Source: an uncultured Solirubrobacteraceae bacterium (GTDB lineage: Bacteria; Actinomycetota; Thermoleophilia; Solirubrobacterales; Solirubrobacteraceae). Taken from it: a DNA stretch of 64,000 nt. The notes under the pieces are model-generated. The model had not been told where the DNA came from. It worked only from the letters and a program-made list of their open reading frames with translations, and searched no databases. The stretch's first letter is position 1, and each line of letters begins with the position of its first letter. Made by a program: the position numbers and the translations under genes. The stretch spans positions 32,001 through 96,000 of the forward strand of contig CAZPQW010000005.1 of NCBI GenBank assembly GCA_964588985.1. The letters run 5' to 3'. Shown piece by piece: positions 26,071 to 35,297 of the stretch.

Positions 26071-26722
26071 AACCGTCCTCCATCAGACCCCGGCGGCGTT
26101 CCGCTCTCTGCGACTCGAAGATGAAGCGCACGAGGCGCCTGCGGTCGAAGTCGCTGATCCCCTCGAATTCCACCGCGCGCCGGCCCCTGGAATCGGTTCG
26201 CACGACCTTCCCGGTGCCCGAGATGGCGTTGTCGCCCGGGGTGAGCGTGAGCTGGAACTTGACCTCCTCGCCGACCTTCAGCGTGTCCGGCCCCGCGAGC
26301 AGGAAGCCGCCGCCGCTGAGATCGACGGTGTAGCTGCGGATCTGCATCCTGTCACCGCCCGCATACACGAGCACCGGGCGCGCGGACTTGATGCGCACGA
26401 ACTCGCGCTCCTGGAGTACCTCCACCGAATACGGGCCGGTGACATGCAGCACGTCGGGCTCGGAGTGGTCCGGAATCTCGAACTCTCCGCGCAGGCGCGC
26501 GCGACCGCGGGCGCCCTCGAACTCCAGCACCATGCCCTTGAGCTCGCGGGCGCTGAGCGACTTCATCGGCACGACGATCGCGACCGCGAGCGTATCGATG
26601 CCACGTTCCAAGACGCGCGCTGGAATCCGCTCGCCCGAGGGCACCGCGAGCGTCACGGTGTCGAAGCGCTCCGGCAGCGCGACCGGCTTGGATGCGTCGT
26701 TCTTGGAGCGCCCGAACTTCAT
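26060..26722 (-). CDS. PilZ-domain c-di-GMP receptor (YcgR/MotI-like flagellar brake candidate)
   Basis: REFVR (RxxxR) and DLSGGG (DxSxxG); C-terminal LVRFIFESQR; ATG 26722 overlaps flhF stop. Confidence 0.85.
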   Translation of the reverse strand: MKFGRSKNDASKPVALPERFDTVTLAVPSGERIPARVLERGIDTLAVAIVVPMKSLSARELKGMVLEFEGARGRARLRGEFEIPDHSEPDVLHVTGPYSVEVLQEREFVRIKSARPVLVYAGGDRMQIRSYTVDLSGGGFLLAGPDTLKVGEEVKFQLTLTPGDNAISGTGKVVRTDSRGRRAVEFEGISDFDRRRLVRFIFESQRAERRRGLMEDGYGS

Positions 26723-28191
26723 TGCAGTAGTTTCCCCGCGAGCCCAGTCGGATCGATTCGACTCAGCCGCCAGCCGCCCGTGCGACCGCGGTCGAGCATG
26801 TACTCGGGCGCGAGACCGAACCTGCAGGCGGCCTCGATCGCGACGCCGATCTGGTCGGTCTCGTCGGCGTGGGTGAGCGCCAACGCGTTCGCCTCCAGCG
26901 GCGCGAGCGCCTCGAGCAGCTGCGCCGCCGCGGCCGCGCCGAGCGTCGCGGGCAGCGCCACCAGCACGCGCTCGGGCTTCAGCTCGCCCAGCAGGCTCGC
27001 CAGCTCGCGGATGCCCGCGCGGTCGGCGGGCGAGGCGCGCGGAGTGTCGATCACCGCGAGGCCGTCGACCTTCGCCCTGCGCATAGCGCGCAGCGCGCGC
27101 GGATTGCTCGCGGGGATCGCGTTCATGATCTTCGGGCTGAGGATCATCTGCAGCTCGCCGTGGTCGTCCACGCGGCTGAGCGTCGCGCAGCTCGCGGGCA
27201 GCGCTCCGCTCGTGCGGTAGGCGCCCAGCAGCGCCGCGCAGCACGTCGTCTTTCCCGCTCCGCCCGCGCCGACGAGCGCGATCGACGCGCCCTTCGCCGA
27301 CAACGGCGCGAGGACCGGTATCCGCTGCGCGAGCGTGGTACGCACGGCCTGCGCGAGCCCCGCGCGGGGCGCGAACGGCAGCGCGTGCGCGGCGGCGGCG
27401 TCGATCAGCTCCTGTGCGAGCTCCTCGCCGATGCCATAGCGGCGCAGGCTCTTCTCCACGCCCGCGCGAGCGCGGGCGTGCGACCCGGGCGCGACCGTGC
27501 GACGCTCGAACGTGCGCGGGAGCTCCTCGCGCAGGGGTGCGGGCGGCGGTGGAGGCGGCGGCTCGGCGGCGAACGCGGGACTGGGCGCGTATGGCCGCGG
27601 GATGTCTCTCGGGATCAGCTCCTGGAAGTCCATCGCAGGCGGCGCCGGCGCGCGCGGCGCTTCGGGCACCAGCGGGGGGTGAGAGATCTGCGAGCGCTCC
27701 GCGCGGGCGAGCGCCGCCAGGTGGGCGGTCACGTACGCGCTTCCGCCGGCGGGCGACGCGGCTGGTTCACGCGTGAAGAACGGCGCCTGGGCAGGCGTGG
27801 AGACCGGCGCCGAACTGGTCCGCACGGGCGGAGGCGGGGGCTGTGCGAGCGGCGGGGAGCGCACTTCGGGAGCGGGCGGCGTGGGCGCGAGGAAGCTCGG
27901 CTGGATCGGCGGCGGCGCGAGCGGAGGCGACGGCGCATACGCCGGCGCGGGCGGCGGCGGCGGCGCATACGCCGGCGCGGGCGGCGGCGGTGCGACGCTC
28001 TCAGCCTCGTCGTAGAGGTCGACGCGTGCGGGGCCGGGCATCGCCTCGATCTCCACGTAGGGGCGCTGGAAGAAGCCGAGCACCCCGCCGGTGAGGCCCT
28101 CGCGGCGGCGCACGATGATCGCGTCCGCGCCGAGCTCCTGCTGGATCTGCGGGATCAGCTCGTCGACGGTGCGCCCGCGGTAGATGCTCAT
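26719..28191 (-). CDS. flhF: FlhF-like SRP-family protein with degenerate GTPase motifs
   Basis: N-terminal YRGRTVDELIPQIQQELGADAIIV...GGVLGFF..PYVEIEA; Pro-rich linker; GAGGAGKTT; position after flhA. Confidence 0.8.
   Translation of the reverse strand: MSIYRGRTVDELIPQIQQELGADAIIVRRREGLTGGVLGFFQRPYVEIEAMPGPARVDLYDEAESVAPPPPAPAYAPPPPPAPAYAPSPPLAPPPIQPSFLAPTPPAPEVRSPPLAQPPPPPVRTSSAPVSTPAQAPFFTREPAASPAGGSAYVTAHLAALARAERSQISHPPLVPEAPRAPAPPAMDFQELIPRDIPRPYAPSPAFAAEPPPPPPPAPLREELPRTFERRTVAPGSHARARAGVEKSLRRYGIGEELAQELIDAAAAHALPFAPRAGLAQAVRTTLAQRIPVLAPLSAKGASIALVGAGGAGKTTCCAALLGAYRTSGALPASCATLSRVDDHGELQMILSPKIMNAIPASNPRALRAMRRAKVDGLAVIDTPRASPADRAGIRELASLLGELKPERVLVALPATLGAAAAAQLLEALAPLEANALALTHADETDQIGVAIEAACRFGLAPEYMLDRGRTGGWRLSRIDPTGLAGKLLQ
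27931..27990. repeat. Perfect 30-bp tandem duplication in the flhF Pro-rich linker
   Basis: CGGCGCATACGCCGGCGCGGGCGGCGGCGG x2, encoding PPPPAPAYAP twice. Confidence 0.9.
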
Positions 28192-30263
28192 GCGTGGATG
28201 ACTCCCACGGTTTCAACGCTGATCCCGGGCGAGATCTCGTTGTAGGAGCACACCGCGAGGTGCGGCTGGGCCTGCGCGATCAGGCGGCGCAGGTGGCGGC
28301 GGATGCGCGCCGAGCACAGCAGAACCGGGCTGCGCCCGCCGGTGCTGCGGGCGGCGGCGTGCTCGACCTGGGCGCGCAGCGCCGCGACGATCGCCTGCGC
28401 GCGCGGCGGGTCCATCGCGAGGTACTCCCCATCGGTCGTCTGGGTGATCGAGATGGAGACCTCCTGCTCGATTGCGGGGTCTAGGGTTATCGCTTGCAGG
28501 CGCAACTGCTCGTCCAGGTGTGGAGCGGTGATCGCCCGGCCGAGAGCCTGGCGAGCGTACTCCGATAGGAGGCTTGTGTCTCGTGTTGTTCGAGCCTTGT
28601 CGCCGATTGCCTCCACGATTGTGCCGAGATCGCGGATCGGGACGCCCTCCGACAGCAGCGACTGCAGCACCCGCTGGATCTCTCCGAGCGACAGCGCGTC
28701 GGGCACGACCTCTTCGACGACCGCCGCGTTGGTCTCCTTGAGACGGTCCAGCAGCGTGCGCACGTCCTGGCGCGTGAGCAGCTCGGCGGCGTGCGAGCGG
28801 ATCGTCTCGGTCAGGTGGGTGACGATCACCGACTCGGCGTCCACGACGGTGTAGCCGAGCGACTCGGCCTCCGCGCGGGCGGACTCGTGCACCCACACCG
28901 CCTCCAGGCCGAACGCCGGCTCGCGCGTGGGGATGCCCTGCAGCGTGCCGCTCGCGTCGCCGGGGTCCATCGCGAGCAGGTGCCCCGGCATGATCCGTCC
29001 GCGCGTGACCTCCGAGCCGCGCACCTTGAGCACGTACTCGTGCGATTCCATGCCGAGCTCGTCGTGGATGCGCACGGGCGGGATCACGATCCCGAGGTCG
29101 CCCGCGATCTGGCGGCGGATCAGGCTCACACGGCGCAGCAGCGAGCTGGCGGCCCCGCCGTCGACGAGCGGCACGAGGCCGAAGCCGATCGCGAGCTCGA
29201 GCGCGTCGACGCCCACCTCGCCGATCGGCTCCGCGCCCGACGCCGGCAGCGCGGCCTTGGCGTCCTTCGCGGCCATCGCCGCCTTGTCGGCGTCGGTGGC
29301 GCCGGGCAGGCCGTTGCGCACGCCCCACGCGACCGCGCCGAAGATCGCCGCGATGAACAGGAACGGCAGCTTCGGCAGCCCGGGGACGAGCGCGAACAGG
29401 CCGATCGCGCAGGCGGCCACGAGCGGCGCCTTGCGCTGGCCGAGGATCTGGTTGGCGATGTCTGAGCCGAGGTCGCGGTCGGAGGCGGCGCGGGTGACGA
29501 TGATGCCCGTCGCGACGGAGATCAGCAGCGCGGGAATCTGCGCGGCGAGGCCGTCCCCGACGGTCAGCAGCGAGTACTGCTGGGTCGCTTCGGTGAAGCC
29601 CAGCCCATGCTGGAGCATGCCCACGATGATCCCGCCGATGAGGTTGATCGCGGTGATGATCAGCGCGGCCATCGCGTCGCCTTTGACGAACTTCGACGCG
29701 CCGTCCATCGCGCCGTAGAAGTCGGCCTCTCGAGCGATTTCAGAGCGTCGCGCGCGCGCCTGGTCGTCGGTGATGAGGCCCGCGTTGAGGTCGGCGTCGA
29801 TCGCCATCTGCTTGCCCGGCATCGCGTCGAGGGTGAAGCGCGCGCCGACCTCCGCGACGCGTCCGGCGCCGTTGGTGACGACCACGAACTGGATCACCAC
29901 GAGGATCAGGAAGATCACGAGGCCGACGATCACGTTGCCGCCGACGACGAACGAGCCGAACGCCTTGACCACGCTGCCAGCTTCGCCGGAGGTGAGGATC
30001 AGGCGCGTGACCGACACGTTGATCGCGAGGCGGAACATCGTGGTGAGCAGCAGCAGCGACGGGAACGACGCGAAGTCGAGCGCCTTGCCGAGGTACATCG
30101 TGGCGACGACCACCGTCAGCGCGGCGGAGATGTTGATCGTGATCAGCAGGTCGAGCAGCGCCGCGGGCAGCGGCACGACGAGCATCGTCACCACGCACAC
30201 GACGGCGACCGCGGCGAGCAGGTCGGTGTGGCGCAGGAGCCGCTTTATGCCCTCGCTGTTCAC
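28188..30263 (-). CDS. flhA: Flagellar export gate protein FlhA
   Basis: FPSLLLLTTMFRL, RVAEVGARFTLDAMPGKQMAIDADLNAG, FYGAMDGASKFVKGDA; GTG 30263 overlaps flhB stop. Confidence 0.96.
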   Translation of the reverse strand: MNSEGIKRLLRHTDLLAAVAVVCVVTMLVVPLPAALLDLLITINISAALTVVVATMYLGKALDFASFPSLLLLTTMFRLAINVSVTRLILTSGEAGSVVKAFGSFVVGGNVIVGLVIFLILVVIQFVVVTNGAGRVAEVGARFTLDAMPGKQMAIDADLNAGLITDDQARARRSEIAREADFYGAMDGASKFVKGDAMAALIITAINLIGGIIVGMLQHGLGFTEATQQYSLLTVGDGLAAQIPALLISVATGIIVTRAASDRDLGSDIANQILGQRKAPLVAACAIGLFALVPGLPKLPFLFIAAIFGAVAWGVRNGLPGATDADKAAMAAKDAKAALPASGAEPIGEVGVDALELAIGFGLVPLVDGGAASSLLRRVSLIRRQIAGDLGIVIPPVRIHDELGMESHEYVLKVRGSEVTRGRIMPGHLLAMDPGDASGTLQGIPTREPAFGLEAVWVHESARAEAESLGYTVVDAESVIVTHLTETIRSHAAELLTRQDVRTLLDRLKETNAAVVEEVVPDALSLGEIQRVLQSLLSEGVPIRDLGTIVEAIGDKARTTRDTSLLSEYARQALGRAITAPHLDEQLRLQAITLDPAIEQEVSISITQTTDGEYLAMDPPRAQAIVAALRAQVEHAAARSTGGRSPVLLCSARIRRHLRRLIAQAQPHLAVCSYNEISPGISVETVGVIHA

Positions 30264-31330
30264 GACGCGAGCCTCCGACGTCCGGCCAGGCGGTAGACGA
30301 ACGCGAGCACCCGCGCGACCGCGGCGTACATTTCTTCGGGAATCATCTGGCCGACCTCCGTGGATTGGTGCAGGGCACGTGCGAGCGGCGGGTCGGGCAC
30401 GATCGGCACGTCGTTCTCCTCGGCGATCCGCCGGATCTGCAGGGCGACGAGGTCCTTGCCCTTGGCGACGACCTCGGGGGCGGTGCGCGTGCCGTCGTAG
30501 CGCAGCGCCACGGCGTAATGGGTGGGGTTGGTGACGACCACGTCGGCGTCGGGGACGGCCGCCATCATGCGCGAGCGCGCGAGCTGCATCTGGCGGCGGC
30601 GCAGCGCGGCCCTGACCTCCGCGGAGACCCCGTACTGGCGTGTCTCGTCCTTGACCTGCTGCTTGGTCATCTTCAGCTGTTGCTCGTGGCGGTGGCGCTT
30701 CCACGCGTAGTCGATCAGCCCGATCGCGAGGTAGGCGAAGGCGGCGTGCTGGGCGATCGAGGAGGCGCGCTGCCCGAACAGCACACCGAGCGCGGAGGGC
30801 GAGATGCCCACCTGCGAGGAGAGGTCGGTCAGGCCCGGGAGCAGGGCGAGCGCGGCAAACGCGGCCACCACACCGACCTTGGCGATCGTCTTGATCGTTT
30901 CGAACACGAGGTTGGGACCGAGCAGGTTCTTCAGCCCGGATGCGGGGTTGATGCGGCGGAAGTCCGGTTTGAGCACGTGCGCGGTCGGCCTGAAGCCGAC
31001 CTGGGCGACGCCGGCGACGACGCCCGCGACCATGCACGTGCCGGCGATCGGCCCGACCGTGATCAGGATCGTGGTGAGCATCGAGTGCATCAGTTCGCTC
31101 AGCCCCGCGGCGCTCGTCGCCCGCCCCGGATGGGCGATCTCGCCGAGGATCTCGCGGAAGCTCGACGCGCCCTCCTGCACGATCCGCGGGCCCATCAGGC
31201 TGACGGCGAGCAGCCCCGCGACGACCACGACCGAGCCGCCGAGCTCGGCGCTGCGCGCGACCTGCCCCTTCTCTCGGGCGCGCTGGCGATGCTTCGGTGT
31301 CGGCTTCTCTGTGCGGTCGTCGTTGGCCAT
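30260..31330 (-). CDS. flhB: Flagellar export protein FlhB
   Basis: DRTEKPTPKH...REKGQV, VVVTNPTHYAVALRY autocleavage motif. Confidence 0.96.
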   Translation of the reverse strand: MANDDRTEKPTPKHRQRAREKGQVARSAELGGSVVVVAGLLAVSLMGPRIVQEGASSFREILGEIAHPGRATSAAGLSELMHSMLTTILITVGPIAGTCMVAGVVAGVAQVGFRPTAHVLKPDFRRINPASGLKNLLGPNLVFETIKTIAKVGVVAAFAALALLPGLTDLSSQVGISPSALGVLFGQRASSIAQHAAFAYLAIGLIDYAWKRHRHEQQLKMTKQQVKDETRQYGVSAEVRAALRRRQMQLARSRMMAAVPDADVVVTNPTHYAVALRYDGTRTAPEVVAKGKDLVALQIRRIAEENDVPIVPDPPLARALHQSTEVGQMIPEEMYAAVARVLAFVYRLAGRRRLAS

Positions 31331-31333
31331 CGA

Positions 31334-32113
31334 TCACGCCACGTGCATCGCGCCGAGGGCGGCGCCTACGCTCACCGACAGCTGGTCGGAGATCCAGTTG
31401 GACACGAACGGCAGCGACGCCCCGACGACGAGCAGCGCGACCGCGACCTTGGTGGGGAAGCCGATCGCGAACACGTTCATCTGCGGCACCACGCGCGAGA
31501 CGATCCCGAACGCGACGTCGGTGATCAGCAGCGCGACGAGCACCGGCGCGGCGATCTCGAGGGCGGCGGCGAACACGTTCGAGAACACGTGCTCGGCGCC
31601 GCCGACGAGCGATTTCATCTCCGGCGCCTGGGTGAGGGGAACGAGCTGGAAGGTCCGTCCGAGACCCCGCAGCGTCCACGCGTCGCCGCCGATGACGAGG
31701 AAGATGAGCGTGCCCACGAGCGAGTAGAAGCGCGAGATCACGGCGCTCTGCTCGCCGTTCATGGGGTTGATGAGGCTGCCGTAGGAGAAACCAGAGACGA
31801 CGTCGATGACCGCTCCCGCGGATTCGAGCGCCGCCATCAGCACGGCGAGCGTGAACGCGAACGCGAGGCCCACGAGCATCCCCTCGACGACCATGCCGGC
31901 GAGCAGCAGCGGCTGGTTGGGCACGTGCTGGCCCTGCATCGCGATCGGCGTGAGCCCCACGGCGATCGCCACCGCGACGATCCCGCGCACGCGCGGCGGG
32001 ATCATCTGCGAGGAGAACAGCGGCGCGATGAAGAACAGCGGCGTGACGCGCGCGAGCACGAGGATGAAGCCCGTGAGCTCGTTGCCCGCGAGCTTGCTCA
32101 ACAGCGCGTTCAC
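31334..32113 (-). CDS. fliR: Flagellar export protein FliR
   Basis: LARVTPLFFIAPLFS, SRVVPQMNVFAIGFP; GTG 32113 overlaps fliQ stop. Confidence 0.93.
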   Translation of the reverse strand: MNALLSKLAGNELTGFILVLARVTPLFFIAPLFSSQMIPPRVRGIVAVAIAVGLTPIAMQGQHVPNQPLLLAGMVVEGMLVGLAFAFTLAVLMAALESAGAVIDVVSGFSYGSLINPMNGEQSAVISRFYSLVGTLIFLVIGGDAWTLRGLGRTFQLVPLTQAPEMKSLVGGAEHVFSNVFAAALEIAAPVLVALLITDVAFGIVSRVVPQMNVFAIGFPTKVAVALLVVGASLPFVSNWISDQLSVSVGAALGAMHVA

Positions 32114-32382
32114 GTGCCGACCATCGTGGGGATCGCGGTGTAGAGCGCGGTCGTGTAGGAGACGAGCTGGCCGAGCATCCACGGCCCGAGCAGGACGATC
32201 ACGACGGCCACGCCGACGATCTTCGGGATCAGCGTGAGGCTCTGCTCCTGGATCTGGGTGACCGCCTGGAAGACGCTGATCACGAGCCCGATCACGAGGC
32301 CGACGAGCAGCAGCGGGCCGGCGATCTTGAGCGCCAGGCTCATGGCCTGCGAGGCGAGGTTGACGACGGTGTCCTGGTTCAT
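32110..32382 (-). CDS. fliQ: Flagellar export protein FliQ
   Basis: GLVISVFQAVTQIQEQSLTLIPK. Confidence 0.96.
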   Translation of the reverse strand: MNQDTVVNLASQAMSLALKIAGPLLLVGLVIGLVISVFQAVTQIQEQSLTLIPKIVGVAVVIVLLGPWMLGQLVSYTTALYTAIPTMVGT

Positions 32383-32383
32383 G

Positions 32384-33019
32384 TCAGTGGAAGCTCTGCA
32401 CGAGCGCTTTGATGACGAGGTCCCAGCCGTCGACGAGGACGAACAGCAGGATCTTGAACGGGAGCGAGATGAACGTCGGCGGGAGCATGATCATGCCCAT
32501 GCTCATCAGCGTCGAGGAGACGATCAGGTCGATGATCAGGAACGGCAGGAAGATCAGGAAGCCGATCTGGAACGCGGTCTTCAGCTCGGAGACGATGAAC
32601 GCGGGGATCAGCACCTCGGTGGGCACGTCGGCGCGCTTGTGCGGCTGTTTGGCGTGGGCGAGGCTCACGAACAGCGAGATGTCCTGCACGCGCGTCTGGT
32701 GGAACATGAATTCGCGCAGCGGCTGCTCGGCGCGTTCGAGCGCCACCGTGGTGCTGATCTTGTGCGCGTTGAGGGGTTCGAATGCGTCCTTCTTGATCGC
32801 GCTCACGGTGGGCGCCATCACGAAGATCGTGAGGAACAGCGCGATTCCGACGAGCACCTGGTTGGGCGGCGCGCTGTTGGTGCCGACCGCGGTGCGGATG
32901 AACCCGAGCACGATCAGGATGCGGCTGAAGCCGGTGACGGTGAAGAGGATCGCGGGCACGAGCGTGAGCCCGCCGATCAGCAGCAGGATCTGAACGGCGT
33001 TCGAGGAGTTGAGGTTCAA
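32384..33019 (-). CDS. fliP: Flagellar export protein FliP
   Basis: PPNQVL, LIPAFIVSELKTAFQIGF, ISLPFKILLFVLVDGW. Confidence 0.96.
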   Translation of the reverse strand: MNLNSSNAVQILLLIGGLTLVPAILFTVTGFSRILIVLGFIRTAVGTNSAPPNQVLVGIALFLTIFVMAPTVSAIKKDAFEPLNAHKISTTVALERAEQPLREFMFHQTRVQDISLFVSLAHAKQPHKRADVPTEVLIPAFIVSELKTAFQIGFLIFLPFLIIDLIVSSTLMSMGMIMLPPTFISLPFKILLFVLVDGWDLVIKALVQSFH

Positions 33020-33609
33020 CGACGCACCGTCAATTCACGTAGGCGCTCGACGAGTCCGGAGGAGGGCGAGGGCATGCGCATCGGGTCGTGGCGTGCCGGC
33101 GCGGGCGGACCGGGGAGCTGGAAGCGGCGCGGGCGTGGCGCATCGATGTCGTCGGTCAAAGGCAGGCCGGCCTCGCGCGCCTGCTCTTCGGTGTAGCGGT
33201 GGATCGGCACGAGGCCGTGCTCGCCGCTGCCGACGAGGATGTAGTCGCTGCCGGCACGGATCAGGTGCACGGCGCGCCCGGTGGAGAGGGTGATCGCGGC
33301 GACGCTCGCGAGGCCGGAGCTGGAGATGCTCGGATCGCGTCCGGCCTTGACCTGGCGCAGGATCCAGTAGAGCCCCCAGATCACGGCGATCACGATCGCG
33401 AGGCCGACGATCGTGCGCACGATCGACGCGCCGCCGCTACTCGTGTGCGCGCCGGTCGTGGTGGGGCTGAGGTTCAGCGGGGTGCTTTCCCCACCCGCTT
33501 TCGTGGCCGGCGTATACGCCGAGGCCGGGCAGGCGAAAGCGAGCAGGCATGCGCCAAGCACCGCGGTCGCCTGCGCGACCGCACGGGAAAGCGGGATCAA
33601 CTTAGTCAT
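33016..33609 (-). CDS. fliO: Flagellar protein FliO/FliZ
   Basis: Signal-like N-terminus, TM helix, then LSTGRAVHLIRAGSDYILVG; directly upstream of fliP. Confidence 0.8.
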   Translation of the reverse strand: MTKLIPLSRAVAQATAVLGACLLAFACPASAYTPATKAGGESTPLNLSPTTTGAHTSSGGASIVRTIVGLAIVIAVIWGLYWILRQVKAGRDPSISSSGLASVAAITLSTGRAVHLIRAGSDYILVGSGEHGLVPIHRYTEEQAREAGLPLTDDIDAPRPRRFQLPGPPAPARHDPMRMPSPSSGLVERLRELTVRR

Positions 33610-33642
33610 CGAGGGACGACTCCGAGGAAGAGTCGTCCCCGG

Positions 33643-33669
33643 TTATCGGCCCGCACGCCCGGGTCTTGA
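33643..33669 (-). promoter_or_regulatory. sigma28-type promoter for fliOPQR-flhBAF operon
   Basis: TCAA-N15-GCCGATAA (consensus -10). Confidence 0.85.
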
Positions 33670-33692
33670 GGAAACGGCCCCTTACGTACGGG

Positions 33693-34883
33693 TCAGAGCA
33701 GCTGCTCGAGCTGCACGCCCCAGGCGCCCTCGCCGGTGACGACGAGACTGCCGTTGGCGAAGCACAGCCCGTTGGCGAACAGCTCGACGGGCTCCTCGGC
33801 GAGCTGGTCGAGCTCGACGACCGCGCCGGGGGCGAGATCGAGCGACGCGCCGATCCCCATGTGGGTCCTGCCCAGCTCGGCCCACACGCGCACGAAGATG
33901 CTGCTGAGGATCGCGCCCCCGTCGGGGCCCTCCGCGGCGCCCGCTACGTGCGCTCGCGCGCGTTCGAGCTCGGCGCGGCCGAGCGTCGCGTAGGTGTCGG
34001 CGCGGATCGGCGGTTCGCCGGTGGACTCGAGCTTGATCGCGCGCCGCGCGCCGCTGCGCCCGGGGCGCCCGCGGCCGATCGAGATTCCCTCCGCGAACAG
34101 GCGCACGCCGTCCTCGGCGTGCCCCTCGAGCTCCACGAGCGTGCCGGGACCCAGCTCCAACAGGCGCGCGATGCCCATCTGCGCGGAGCCGACCTCGGCG
34201 CGCAGCAGCACGTGCGCGCTCGCGACTCCACGGGCGAGCGCCTCGGGGCCGGGCGCGGACGCCTGCAGGCTCAGCCGCTGGCCCCCGCCGCCGCGGATGC
34301 TCTCGGCGACCGGCTCCACGGCCCACCACGGGATCAGCAGCGACATCGTCGAGGACTGTCCGGCGATGACGGTGGCGAAGGCGATCGACAGCGTGGGCTC
34401 GTTGGCGGGGACTAGCACGCCGGCGTCGCCCTCCACGTCGAGCGCGCCGCGCGTCAGCTCGGGTCCGTCGAGCTCGGTCCAGGCGCTCGAGAGCCCGCTC
34501 ACGATCGCGTCGAGCAGCCCGGCGGCGAGCTTCCAGTCGAGCTCGCTCAGATGACGCTCCACCGAGGCGCTGGCGGCGTCTCCGCCGAGCATGCATTCGA
34601 GCGCGTGCAGCACGAGCGTCCGCTCGACGCTCAGCAGCATGGAGCGTTCGATCGCGCTCTCCTCCACCGCCACCGCGACCGAGTCGACGGGCAGCTGCGC
34701 CTTGGCCTCGGCCCAGGTGCGCTGCGCGACATCCCCCACGCTCAGCTGCACCTCGCATGAGAGCTCCTTGGCCATCCACTCGCCGAGCTCCTCGCAGAAT
34801 GGCTCGAGCGCGTCGCCGATACGGCGCCTGATCTCGGTGGTGAACTTCGCCGGCTGTGAGAAGTCGAGCGAGGCTATTGCCAT
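33693..34883 (-). CDS. fliM: Atypical FliM (no N-terminal CheY-binding peptide; two C-terminal SpoA/FliN-like domains)
   Basis: Begins LDFSQPAKFT (DFxxPxK); MLGG, RHLSELD middle domain; two LRAEVG/VWAELG...L.PG.VVEL SpoA repeats. Confidence 0.8.
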   Translation of the reverse strand: MAIASLDFSQPAKFTTEIRRRIGDALEPFCEELGEWMAKELSCEVQLSVGDVAQRTWAEAKAQLPVDSVAVAVEESAIERSMLLSVERTLVLHALECMLGGDAASASVERHLSELDWKLAAGLLDAIVSGLSSAWTELDGPELTRGALDVEGDAGVLVPANEPTLSIAFATVIAGQSSTMSLLIPWWAVEPVAESIRGGGGQRLSLQASAPGPEALARGVASAHVLLRAEVGSAQMGIARLLELGPGTLVELEGHAEDGVRLFAEGISIGRGRPGRSGARRAIKLESTGEPPIRADTYATLGRAELERARAHVAGAAEGPDGGAILSSIFVRVWAELGRTHMGIGASLDLAPGAVVELDQLAEEPVELFANGLCFANGSLVVTGEGAWGVQLEQLL

Positions 34884-34889
34884 GTCAGG

Positions 34890-35288
34890 TCAGTCTTGGG
34901 GGGCCGCGGAGGGGTCTGCGGCTTGTGGGGAGGAGTCCCCGCCGGCGTCAGCGGCTGCGCCGTTGCGGGATTGCTCGCCGTCCTGCTGGGAGTCGAGGAT
35001 CTCGGTGACCCGCAGACCGTACTGCTCGTCCACGACGATCACCTCGCCGCGGGCGATCGCGGTGCCGTTGACGAGCAGGTCGACCGGCTGGCCGGCCTCG
35101 CGCTCGAGCGTCACGACCGAGCCGACGCCGAGCTCGAGCGTCTCGCCGACGGTCATGTGCGTGCGTCCGATCTCCACACTGAGCTCCATCGGGATGTCGC
35201 TGAGGCGGCTCAGATCCGGCTCGGAGGAGGAGACCCCATCCGGCTGGGCGGTCTGATCGAACTGCTCGTACTCGATTGCGTCGGTCAA
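34890..35288 (-). CDS. fliN: Flagellar motor switch protein FliN
   Basis: DIPMELSVEIGRT, PVDLLVNGTAIARGEVIVVDEQYGLRVTEI. Confidence 0.95.
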   Translation of the reverse strand: MTDAIEYEQFDQTAQPDGVSSSEPDLSRLSDIPMELSVEIGRTHMTVGETLELGVGSVVTLEREAGQPVDLLVNGTAIARGEVIVVDEQYGLRVTEILDSQQDGEQSRNGAAADAGGDSSPQAADPSAAPQD

Positions 35289-35297
35289 GCGTGCTCC

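Noticed and set aside
27931-27990. 30-bp direct repeat as possible CRISPR or mobile-element repeat
   Set aside because: Two adjacent copies without spacer, in frame within a Pro-rich linker; no cas genes.
28188-31679. Apparent 1163-aa FlhA with long N-terminal extension
   Set aside because: The extension overlaps flhB/fliR in another frame and is Arg-rich nonsense; true start is GTG 30263. The same applies to extended coxA, coxB, ctaG, flgK, pilZ and flaG ORFs.
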